Shown here piece by piece: positions 34,856-41,930 of a stretch of DNA of 42,216 nucleotides (position 1 is the first letter of the stretch; each line of letters opens with the position of its first letter). Source of the DNA: a virus; IMG/VR virus record IMGVR_UViG_3300045988_121331, positions 1 through 42,216 of that record; one strand, given 5' to 3'. A program made the translations under genes and the position numbers. Below the pieces are notes generated by a model, which saw only the letters and a list, made by a program, of their open reading frames with translations, did no database searches and was not told where the DNA came from.

Positions 34856-35296
34856 TCACCACGGCAAATCTCCCGAACCGTCAAGTATGCTATCTAACTC
34901 ATTGCCTGAATTTTTAGCGCTGACAACCGCATTGTTGAGATTGTTTGCGACTGCATTAAGCGGGTCAGTCTGAACATCAACATTAGCCGATTTCTTGTTT
35001 TCGGCAAAATAGAAGTTATTGACATTGACCTCATATGCCGTGCGGTTGTTGCCGTCTTTGTCTTGATACTTTCGGGTATACAATGAGCCGTCTACGGCAA
35101 TAAGCTGACCTTTTTTAACATACTTGCTCATTACCTCTGCGCCTTTGTCCCAAATCGTACAAGGTATAAAATCGGTTGTATCTTTGCTATACTTACGGTC
35201 TACAGCAAGTGTAAAAGAGCATACGGATTTACCACTCGCCGTAGTTTTAAGCTCTAAATCACTTGTAGCTCGCCCCAGCAATTGAATATTATTCAT
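34856..35296 (-). CDS. ssb: single-stranded DNA-binding protein
   Basis: OB-fold N-terminus (NNIQLLGRATSDLELKTTASGKSVCSFTLAV), a Gln/Asn-rich linker and an acidic tail ending GDLPW. Confidence 0.9.
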   Translation of the reverse strand: MNNIQLLGRATSDLELKTTASGKSVCSFTLAVDRKYSKDTTDFIPCTIWDKGAEVMSKYVKKGQLIAVDGSLYTRKYQDKDGNNRTAYEVNVNNFYFAENKKSANVDVQTDPLNAVANNLNNAVVSAKNSGNELDSILDGSGDLPW

Positions 35297-35309
35297 AATC
35301 TATCCCCTT

Positions 35310-35846
35310 TTATACACTTTCGTGTAATATATATTGATTTAATACTGCCTTGCAAATAGACCATATCATAAGCCCCATTTCCTCTTTAGGCAAAAAACAG
35401 ATTTTCAAGCCATAGTTAGCCATTATAGTACACATAGTATTGTAAAAAGACTTTTCGTTATAATCATTACGATAGTTATGTGTGACTATATCGTGCCAAC
35501 CACCGACCTGTTCCACTAATAAAAACTTATTATGGATATGCTGCATACGCTTTAACTCATAGTGGAAAGCCTCGTTGTTGAGACTTCCCGCCAATTCTGT
35601 AAGGCTGTTTTTGCGCTCAATGGTAAGTTCGTCAGTGAAATATGTGTCTTTTTCAAAGCCTAAATCAAGGTTTTTCGGTATCATAAAGCAGTAATCGCCT
35701 GTTTTTAATGAACGGTCAATGTACTTTATGCCGTGTTTGTCAAAATAAGCCTTAATATGCTCGTTTTTTTGCTCGTTTGTAGTGCAGACAATAGTAAGAC
35801 TTTTTACAAGCTCTTGCCATTCTTTTTTGGTGTAATATGGTTTAAT
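35310..35846 (-). CDS. ERCC4/Mus81-type nuclease (candidate Holliday-junction resolvase), probable non-canonical ATT start
   Basis: GDY...ERK signature (LKTGDYCF, LTIERKNSLTELAGS). The GDY part lies upstream of the first ATG (35684), in an open frame with no ATG, GTG or TTG. The ATT at 35846 lies 6 nt after GGGGG. Confidence 0.55.
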   Translation of the reverse strand: MKPYYTKKEWQELVKSLTIVCTTNEQKNEHIKAYFDKHGIKYIDRSLKTGDYCFMIPKNLDLGFEKDTYFTDELTIERKNSLTELAGSLNNEAFHYELKRMQHIHNKFLLVEQVGGWHDIVTHNYRNDYNEKSFYNTMCTIMANYGLKICFLPKEEMGLMIWSICKAVLNQYILHESV

Positions 35847-35857
35847 AATATTACCCC

Positions 35858-36184
35858 CTAAATAAAATCGCTGTCGTCACTATCAAGGTCACTGGTTAAC
35901 CCCTCAAAGTCCGCTGTCGGGCTTGCCCCTGTATTCCTCAATAAAGCTGATATGGAAAAATTATCATAATATTTATCCCCAACCTTATTTGTCTTAATAT
36001 TGGCTGACTTTATTTCAAGTATTTCTACCATATCACCGACTTTGCACTTAAAATCGTGATTTTCAGCCCATATTGCAAGCTTTTTATTGCCCTCGGCTTT
36101 AAAAAAGCACCAATTGCCTTTTGAGCCTGTACCGGACCGTGTATCAGCCACGGTCAGCACTGCGCCCTTTTCTATTTTTGCCAT
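35858..36184 (-). CDS. OB-fold-like protein with acidic C-terminal tail
   Basis: 108 aa ending DLDSDDSDFI, an SSB-like acidic tail. AAGGAG RBS. Sits between recT and the nuclease. Confidence 0.5.
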   Translation of the reverse strand: MAKIEKGAVLTVADTRSGTGSKGNWCFFKAEGNKKLAIWAENHDFKCKVGDMVEILEIKSANIKTNKVGDKYYDNFSISALLRNTGASPTADFEGLTSDLDSDDSDFI

Positions 36185-36187
36185 ATA

Positions 36188-36835
36188 TTATTGCTCCTTA
36201 TTTAATTCGATTGTAACTGTTTGCGGGGGGTCTTCTACATAACCACTTACATCTTGAATTTCATCAATAGTTTGTACACCTAAAAGCACTTCGGGGCAAT
36301 ATGTCCTTGCAAAGAATGAGCCTGCACGGTAAGCCAACATTTGGTGCCCCATTGTAAGCCATTTTGAGCCGGGCTTTGTACTCCACCCCTCTTTTTTAGC
36401 CATTTCCATAGTAATCTCGGTTGACTTCAAAACTTTGCCGTCTGAAAGTCTTGTGGCTTGTGCGTAACAACCGCCGCCACCGTTTTCGGTGTAGATAAAA
36501 TCAAGCGGTGAAAATTTGCCACAATTATTTACTGCCGATATTGCAAATGACCCACTCCAGCCGGGCTTGCCCCGTACTACATAAAGGTTTTGAGCGACAA
36601 GCAATGGACTAACGCCCATTCTATTAGCTATATCTATTGCAATCAAGCAGTTTTCGGGGTGCCCTACATACTGTTCGGGCAATAATTGTGATTTTGATAA
36701 AAGGTTAGCCACTTTCATTGCGGCATTCATTGACTTTGTATCGCCCCACATAGATAAACCATAACTAACGGTATCTTGCGGTTTCGTAGCCACTTCGTTT
36801 TTTGTTGTTTGAGTTATTTGTGCGTTTTCAGCCAT
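36188..36835 (-). CDS. recT: RecT-family single-strand annealing protein
   Basis: 215 aa with the pattern LLPEQY...NCLIAIDIANRMGVSPLLVAQNLYVV.GKPGWSG ... WLTMGHQMLAYRAGSFFAR. Confidence 0.8.
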   Translation of the reverse strand: MAENAQITQTTKNEVATKPQDTVSYGLSMWGDTKSMNAAMKVANLLSKSQLLPEQYVGHPENCLIAIDIANRMGVSPLLVAQNLYVVRGKPGWSGSFAISAVNNCGKFSPLDFIYTENGGGGCYAQATRLSDGKVLKSTEITMEMAKKEGWSTKPGSKWLTMGHQMLAYRAGSFFARTYCPEVLLGVQTIDEIQDVSGYVEDPPQTVTIELNKEQ

Positions 36836-37566
36836 TATTTACTCTCCTTTTTTGATTTTTTAGCAAATGCCTTGTGTAAAGTTAGACAAGCATTGAACAA
36901 TGACAAATCGTCCTCATATGGCGTGAGTTTATATTTCCCGTCTTTTTTAAGGTGAAGAATACCCAAAAAGTCCGCACAATTTGACAGCGCCGAGCATAAC
37001 AAATTTGAATATGCGGGTAATTGTATCTGCGCAAGCTGCTTTTTCACTGTACTGCTTGTTTTCAAATCTATTATTGCATACTTGCCAATACAATTTGAAA
37101 TATCCGTTTTGCAATGTTTTTTGACAGCTTTTGCAAAGTCCTCATCAATTACGTACACTCTGTCGAGAGTTCCCGCATAACCTGTTTCTTCATCGGCAAG
37201 CGGTTTTTCAATATAGGTATATTCCTTGATATTAAAGTCTTTGCGGAATTTTACATAGGCATTAAGATATTCCACATATTCGGGTGAAATTTCACATTTG
37301 CCAGTTTTGTCTAATTCTTCTGTTGCCTTATGTACTGCCGTGCCACGCTCACAAGCCTTGTCAAGCACATATTTGGATATGTCATTGCCGTACACTTCAC
37401 GGCTTGCAAACCTTGATATTTCGGAAACAGAGGGCAACTCAATACCGTCAAGTTCGTACCTATGACCCTCATCAAAGAACTTTAAATTTTTCAAGGTCAG
37501 TTTTCCCCCATTCGTCTGCAAGGTCTTCTTTGTGCATATCAATATATTTTGCTTTCTGCTCTGCAA
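36835..37566 (-). CDS. PD-(D/E)XK exonuclease (RecE/Cas4-like partner of RecT)
   Basis: Motifs GTAVHK, GTLDRVYVI and IIDLKTS. The start is uncertain because the track ORF overlaps the upstream gene by 95 nt; TTG candidates lie near 37500. Confidence 0.7.
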   Translation of the reverse strand: MQSRKQNILICTKKTLQTNGGKLTLKNLKFFDEGHRYELDGIELPSVSEISRFASREVYGNDISKYVLDKACERGTAVHKATEELDKTGKCEISPEYVEYLNAYVKFRKDFNIKEYTYIEKPLADEETGYAGTLDRVYVIDEDFAKAVKKHCKTDISNCIGKYAIIDLKTSSTVKKQLAQIQLPAYSNLLCSALSNCADFLGILHLKKDGKYKLTPYEDDLSLFNACLTLHKAFAKKSKKESK

Positions 37567-37951
37567 TCATTTTTGGATTTTCAATTTCGATAAACTTTAA
37601 AACCAATTTTAACAGAGAATTGATTTTGTCAACATTGCTAAATACTGACAAGGCAAACTCATTTATATTGCCTTTTGTAGTTATTTTTTGTGCAAAATCG
37701 AACAAATCATCAGTGCTGTCAAAATTATATGCTATGCACTCGTCGCACAAGCCGTTAGTCAGTTCGTCCTCGGTAAAATATTCCTCACACTCATTGCAAG
37801 GGAACGCTTCCTCAAACTCATCAATCCCACAATAAGGGCAAATGCCTATTGAATATGCCGCTTGACTTTCCCCATACGGTACAAATTGTTCGCTTGTTTC
37901 GGGCTTTTCAAATGTTCGACCGCAATTTTTGCATTTATACATTAGGTTCAC
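37472..37951 (-). CDS. hypothetical zinc-ribbon protein
   Basis: 159 aa with CKNC...CPYC and CNEC...CDEC. Confidence 0.5.
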   Translation of the reverse strand: MNLMYKCKNCGRTFEKPETSEQFVPYGESQAAYSIGICPYCGIDEFEEAFPCNECEEYFTEDELTNGLCDECIAYNFDSTDDLFDFAQKITTKGNINEFALSVFSNVDKINSLLKLVLKFIEIENPKMIAEQKAKYIDMHKEDLADEWGKTDLEKFKVL

Positions 37952-38159
37952 TCGCTCTCTGCAAGCGTTTTAATTCAGCGATATAATCAACAGGGAATAA
38001 AAGCCTGATTTGTTTACAATCGGGCGAAAACATTATTTCTTGTTTGTCATAGGAAAGTGAATTATCTCCATTAAATAAAGTTCTCTTTACTAAGTTTAAT
38101 TGCATTTCCTCTTTCAATAATTCATTATATCTGACAATATCAATTGCAAAATCTCCCAT
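37935..38159 (-). CDS. hypothetical protein
   Basis: 74-aa ORF in the early operon. Confidence 0.45.
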   Translation of the reverse strand: MGDFAIDIVRYNELLKEEMQLNLVKRTLFNGDNSLSYDKQEIMFSPDCKQIRLLFPVDYIAELKRLQRASEPNV

Positions 38160-38363
38160 TTATTTCTCCCTCTTTCCTTTCGGTACAGCCGGCACCTTAT
38201 AAGTCAGTTTGTAAATTTCCTGTTGCAATTTAATGTTTTCACTTTGAAGTTTTTGATAGCGCGCTTTAATTGAACAATACGCGTAATGCCATTTATGCAC
38301 TAACACATAAGCTATACATACAGCTATTACTGCTAATATTGTTACTATTATAGCCCAAATCAT
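38160..38363 (-). CDS. small membrane protein (N-terminal TM plus coiled coil)
   Basis: 67 aa beginning MIWAIIVTILAVIAVCIAYVLV. The ATG directly follows the AbrB-like stop. Confidence 0.5.
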   Translation of the reverse strand: MIWAIIVTILAVIAVCIAYVLVHKWHYAYCSIKARYQKLQSENIKLQQEIYKLTYKVPAVPKGKREK

Positions 38364-38528
38364 TTAACCACCCACCTTTCTAAGAATTATTTGTTTCCCC
38401 ACGGTCTCTGCCGTAATCAGCACTGTATCGCCACCGTCAATGCCAAGGGCTTCCCTTATTTCTTTTGGCAGATTGACCGTAACATTAGTACCACTTTTCT
38501 GTACTTTTGCCGTTGCTTGCAATTTCAA
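38364..38528 (-). CDS. AbrB/MazE/SpoVT-family DNA-binding protein (first early gene)
   Basis: 54 aa, with a TTG start 7 nt after AAAGGGGG. The VNLPKEIREALGIDGGDTVLI looped-hinge motif is present. Below the track cutoff. Confidence 0.6.
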   Translation of the reverse strand: MKLQATAKVQKSGTNVTVNLPKEIREALGIDGGDTVLITAETVGKQIILRKVGG

Positions 38529-38558
38529 TTTTTAACCCCCTTTCTTGATTGCAAACTA

Positions 38559-38587
38559 ATTATATCACACTAAAAATAGTTTGTCAA
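38559..38587 (-). promoter_or_regulatory. early promoter TTGACA-17-TATAAT (TGa extended -10)
   Basis: The minus strand reads TTGACAaactatttttagtgtgaTATAAT. Three 10-bp-phased AATATTTT tracts lie upstream (38588-38620). Confidence 0.75.
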
Positions 38588-38606
38588 GAATATTTTTAAA
38601 TATTTT
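38580..38606. repeat. 27-bp repeat, copy B
   Basis: Identical to 29360-29386. Confidence 0.85.
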
Positions 38607-38663
38607 CAAATATTTTTTAGAAAAAGTTTTTTGAGAAAATTCGCACTTTTTTTATTTTTACTA

Positions 38664-38692
38664 TTGACTTTATCGATTATATAGGGTAAAAT
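38664..38692 (+). promoter_or_regulatory. divergent promoter TTGACT-17-TAAAAT
   Basis: Reads TTGACTttatcgattatatagggTAAAAT and points away from the early operon into ORF-free DNA. Confidence 0.55.
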
Positions 38693-39190
38693 AAGCATAT
38701 CCAAAAGGGAAACGGTGTATGCATGGCATTGTTCCTGATATATTGTTTCTCTTAAAGAAGTAAGATTATATGTTTGTACCTGCATTACAATCATATGGTC
38801 TTTTTCTTTTTGCACATTTTGAGGTCAATGTAAAAACCTCTGCCGTCTCATCAACGGTATGTATCGGGTTAAAGCCGAGTTTATTATCGATTTCCGTTTA
38901 GAAAAACCGCCGTGTCCCATTTGGGAGTAGGGTATGTTCTTGCGGGTGATACCACACTGTTTACAGCACGACCGAGGCAGATTAAGAACATAAACGAAAG
39001 TGACGATTGGCTCTGTAGGTATAGCCACTTTCCCTATCTATTTTGCATTTTTAATGCTTGTAGGTAGGGAAAACTTTGCTCTGATTTCACCATAGGTATA
39101 AACCACTAAACTTTAAGTTTCTACAACCTTTTTGCTAACCTCAGCAATATGGTTGCCGCAAAAATCGCAATATCAATAATTTGTTTTTAG
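38693..39190 (+). ncRNA. candidate non-coding transcript (ORF-free, about 0.5 kb)
   Basis: Downstream of promoter 38664-38692. The longest plus-strand ORF is 48 aa and has no RBS. There is a strand-specific hairpin at 39032-39069. The unit is bounded by the convergent terminator at 39191-39223. Confidence 0.3.
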
Positions 39191-39223
39191 AGACAAAAGA
39201 AAAAGCGCCCCGAAAATGGAGCG
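39191..39223 (-). terminator. intrinsic terminator ending the 42131-39247 cassette
   Basis: The minus-strand RNA forms CGCUCC-AUUUUC-GGGGCG (6 bp, one G:U) followed by CUUUUUCUUUU. Confidence 0.55.
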
Positions 39224-39246
39224 ACTTTTTCAATGGTATTAGCTAT

Positions 39247-39546
39247 TTATCTATCGGTCATATATTTTATAATGGCTGATTTATTTGCATAATAGCGTTT
39301 GCACTTATCCCATTCGTCTAAATCTTCGTCCGAAAGAGGCATAATAGTGTTCAACTCGGAACAATATTGTTCAGTCCATTCATACCAATTCGCGGCGTGC
39401 TGCATTTCCTGCATTGCCATTTCACGGAATTTTTGTGCTTTGGTGGCGTTGCCTTTCATTTTTTCGCCGATATAATCTTCGGCATACTCGACTGCGCCGT
39501 CTAATTCTTCCGCTATATGGTCAACCATTTTTCTAAATTTTTTCAT
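39247..39546 (-). CDS. hypothetical helical protein
   Basis: 99-aa ORF, the last gene of the cassette. Confidence 0.5.
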   Translation of the reverse strand: MKKFRKMVDHIAEELDGAVEYAEDYIGEKMKGNATKAQKFREMAMQEMQHAANWYEWTEQYCSELNTIMPLSDEDLDEWDKCKRYYANKSAIIKYMTDR

Positions 39547-39736
39547 TGCCTATCAACTCCAATATTTTATTGATTTTTTCGTCTTGCTGCTGCAAATGCT
39601 GATGAATTTCCTCGGCTACTCTGTTGTTATCTTCTTGAATATCGCTTATGCCAAATAATTTGGATTGATTTTGCACTTGCATAATAAAAGATAAAACCGT
39701 TAATAAGTCGAGTAATTCAAATTCTGTGCTATTCAT
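39533..39736 (-). CDS. hypothetical coiled-coil protein (paralog-like to 30654-30893)
   Basis: 67 aa, overlapping both neighbours. Confidence 0.45.
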   Translation of the reverse strand: MNSTEFELLDLLTVLSFIMQVQNQSKLFGISDIQEDNNRVAEEIHQHLQQQDEKINKILELIGNEKI

Positions 39737-39929
39737 TTGTTACCAACTTCTCTATGACATCTGTTTTTCCTTTTAGTTCGGAAAGTTCTTTTTCTATTTC
39801 CGAAATATTTGAACTTCCCAAGCCACCAAATGCCACCAATAAAAGTGTTAACACAATAGTGAAAGGCAAATCTGTGTCGGAATGATTTTCAATATTGGAA
39901 CAAACTTTTTCTTTTTCCATTTTAATCAC
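39729..39929 (-). CDS. single-TM small protein
   Basis: 66 aa with TM segment LPFTIVLTLLLVAFGGLG followed by a coiled coil. Confidence 0.45.
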   Translation of the reverse strand: MIKMEKEKVCSNIENHSDTDLPFTIVLTLLLVAFGGLGSSNISEIEKELSELKGKTDVIEKLVTNE

Positions 39930-39930
39930 C

Positions 39931-40302
39931 TCACGATATAGCCGTCAAATTATTTGTCGGAGCGCAAGCAACATCACCGCATAAACGGAACACGCCGCCT
40001 GTTGCGGTAGTTCTTACAACGGTGCTGTATTTAGTGCGCGGACGGATAGAACAAGCCGTTGCCTGTGTGCAATTCCTTTTCTGTAAAGGATAGGCATTGC
40101 CCGTTCCCATTTGAATATACACAGGTGCGCCGATAATGGTATCTGTCGGGATAGTCTGTGCTACAACTATACAATATTTCTGACAGTCGTTATAACTGCC
40201 CTCGGGGATTTGAATATACAGACTATCGTTTTCAGCGTTAAATGATACTGCCGTAGATATAATTAAATTTTTGCATAATCTACAAGTATTTTTACAAGCC
40301 AT
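39931..40302 (-). CDS. hypothetical Cys-rich protein
   Basis: 123 aa with 10 Cys, including CKNTCRLC. Its own AAAGGAG RBS lies after the internal terminator. Confidence 0.5.
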   Translation of the reverse strand: MACKNTCRLCKNLIISTAVSFNAENDSLYIQIPEGSYNDCQKYCIVVAQTIPTDTIIGAPVYIQMGTGNAYPLQKRNCTQATACSIRPRTKYSTVVRTTATGGVFRLCGDVACAPTNNLTAIS

Positions 40303-40319
40303 AATTAAAAACTCCTTTT

Positions 40320-40356
40320 ATAAAAATTGCCCCTTACAGCGTTTGCCATAAGGGGC
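40320..40356 (-). terminator. internal intrinsic terminator/attenuator within the cassette
   Basis: Perfect 8-bp stem (GCCCCUUA/UAAGGGGC) followed by AAUUUUUAU. Confidence 0.55.
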
Positions 40357-40384
40357 TTGAAATCACGCTGTTAAAGCGGAAACA

Positions 40385-40993
40385 TTACATACAACCGCAA
40401 GTATTGCCGCCACAGAACGGGGACGGTCCTGCGTTATATGCGTAAGTTGTCGGATAGCGCACTACCCCGCACATCGCCGACTGTAACTGAAGCTGATTGA
40501 TTTGATTCTGCATATCAGCCATTCTATTACCGTTAATGGCGTCAAGAATTTTCTGTGTCTGCTCGGTTGTGGTTGCGTTAATAGAGGCAGTATTAATTGC
40601 GCCGTTGTAATTTACGCTATCTATGCCGCGCTGGGTGGTGCAGCAACATTCAGCCAACTGCTGTTGAGTTGTGTTAAAATTGCGGAGAGTTTCGTAACCA
40701 AGGTTACAAATACCATTCTGCAATCCCATATAATCAGCTGAAAGGCTGTCGCTCAATCTTCCGACTGCGTTTTCAAGGTTGTTAAAATTCATAGCATTAC
40801 ACAACCCTGCTTCCGTAACGGGCGTGCCATTCATAACAGGCGGTCTATTGCCAAAACCGCCAAAGCCACCATTCATAATGCCGAGAAGAATAAGCAACCC
40901 GAATATCCAAGCGCCGTCACCACCAAAGCCGAAACCGCCGTCATTGTTTCTTGTTGCCGCCGCTACATCGGCAAGCGAATAAGAATTTTCCAT
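40385..40993 (-). CDS. Gly-rich membrane protein with Cys-rich C-terminus
   Basis: 202 aa. A GGFGFGGDGAWIFGLLILLGIMNGGFGGFG segment resembles tiny YjcZ-like sporulation TM proteins. Also carries a CCC triplet and a C-terminal FCGGNTCGCM. Confidence 0.5.
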   Translation of the reverse strand: MENSYSLADVAAATRNNDGGFGFGGDGAWIFGLLILLGIMNGGFGGFGNRPPVMNGTPVTEAGLCNAMNFNNLENAVGRLSDSLSADYMGLQNGICNLGYETLRNFNTTQQQLAECCCTTQRGIDSVNYNGAINTASINATTTEQTQKILDAINGNRMADMQNQINQLQLQSAMCGVVRYPTTYAYNAGPSPFCGGNTCGCM

Positions 40994-41052
40994 AGTTTTT
41001 TCTCCTTATAAATTTATTTATGCTCGGTTTTGCGCGCTAAAACCGTTTGCAC

Positions 41053-41271
41053 CTATTTCATTGCAGATTTTATCTGCTCCATAAAACTGTTTACATCAAT
41101 GCCTTGCTGTTGGCACATATTTGTAACTAATTGCTGAGGGCTTATCCCTCTACCCCTTGTCATTTGCATAATCATTTTCATTTGGGGGCTATTGACATTT
41201 TGCATAATACCTTTAATCTGCGCTATCATTTGAGGATTTAGCCCTTGATTTTGGAATAGACTGCTCGGCAT
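41053..41271 (-). CDS. Gln/Met-rich small protein
   Basis: 72 aa with NPQ/SPQ repeats. The start is uncertain because it overlaps the upstream ORF by 59 nt. Confidence 0.4.
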   Translation of the reverse strand: MPSSLFQNQGLNPQMIAQIKGIMQNVNSPQMKMIMQMTRGRGISPQQLVTNMCQQQGIDVNSFMEQIKSAMK

Positions 41272-41617
41272 ACTTCTTTACCTCGTTTCTTAATTCTTCA
41301 AATTCTGATTTTGTAACATAATCATTTGTAGGCTTTGTGCCTGTTAAGTCAATCTCGGCAAACCGATAGGCTTTAATAGTTGGGAAACCGCCGTCATCGG
41401 CTGACTTTATATAGAAAATATCATCGTTTCCGTCAAACAAAGCAACTGTTTCTCTCGGCATTACTTGAAAAGCTTTTGCACCCTCTAAACCGTTTACCCT
41501 TGTAAGGCTCTTTATTTGCCCCTGTAAGCCGTTTTGTGAGTTAGGTATATAATTATATTGATTACCGTTAAAACCGCCGTATGCGTTGTTATACGGAAGA
41601 TTTTGATAGTTAAACAC
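41213..41617 (-). CDS. hypothetical protein (Asn/Gly/Tyr-rich N-terminus)
   Basis: 134 aa with a GTG start 10 nt after GGAG. Has a conserved-looking core (VNGLEGAKAFQVMPRETVALFDGNDDIFYIKSADDGG). Confidence 0.5.
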   Translation of the reverse strand: MFNYQNLPYNNAYGGFNGNQYNYIPNSQNGLQGQIKSLTRVNGLEGAKAFQVMPRETVALFDGNDDIFYIKSADDGGFPTIKAYRFAEIDLTGTKPTNDYVTKSEFEELRNEVKKYAEQSIPKSRAKSSNDSAD

Positions 41618-41768
41618 TGTCTTTCATCTCCATTTCAAATTTAAGCATTGCACATTCGTATAATTCTAATAACTTTCCTTGCTCTTTCGCTTGCTCTATG
41701 CGGTCAATTACTTCTTTTCGGCTCATACCGTATTTTGTCTGTAATGCCGCTTTCAAAATATCATTCAT
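41610..41768 (-). CDS. hypothetical 52-aa protein
   Basis: AGGAG RBS 9 nt upstream. Below the track cutoff. It is the first ORF after promoter 41791-41837. Confidence 0.4.
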   Translation of the reverse strand: MNDILKAALQTKYGMSRKEVIDRIEQAKEQGKLLELYECAMLKFEMEMKDSV

Positions 41769-41790
41769 TGGTAATCACTCCTTTGTTTAT

Positions 41791-41837
41791 ATTATAACTC
41801 TAAATAAAACAAAAAAATCGCACGATAAACGCACGAT
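41791..41837 (-). promoter_or_regulatory. -10-only promoter (TATAAT) with two upstream ATCGTGCG direct repeats at 11-bp spacing
   Basis: The minus strand reads ATCGTGCGtttATCGTGCGatttttttgttttatttagagtTATAAT. There is no recognisable -35 box. Repeats are at 41819-41826 and 41830-41837. Confidence 0.45.
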
Positions 41838-41844
41838 TTACGCA

Positions 41845-41887
41845 TAAAAACTCCCCCACGGCGAAAGTATTTAAAATACCGTGGGGG
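41845..41887 (-). terminator. intrinsic terminator after the HTH gene (end of the late operon)
   Basis: Perfect 9-bp stem (CCCCCACGG/CCGUGGGGG) followed by AGUUUUUAU. Confidence 0.75.
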
Positions 41888-41930
41888 AATAGAAAGGAGG
41901 TGTCCGCCGATTGCGGAATTTCCGACATAA

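Noticed and set aside
38606-39028. Minus-strand track ORFs 38606-38815 (69 aa) and 38825-39028 (67 aa).
   Set aside because: Neither has an RBS. One starts at a GTG and runs through the divergent promoter region, and the translations look random. The region is treated as non-coding.
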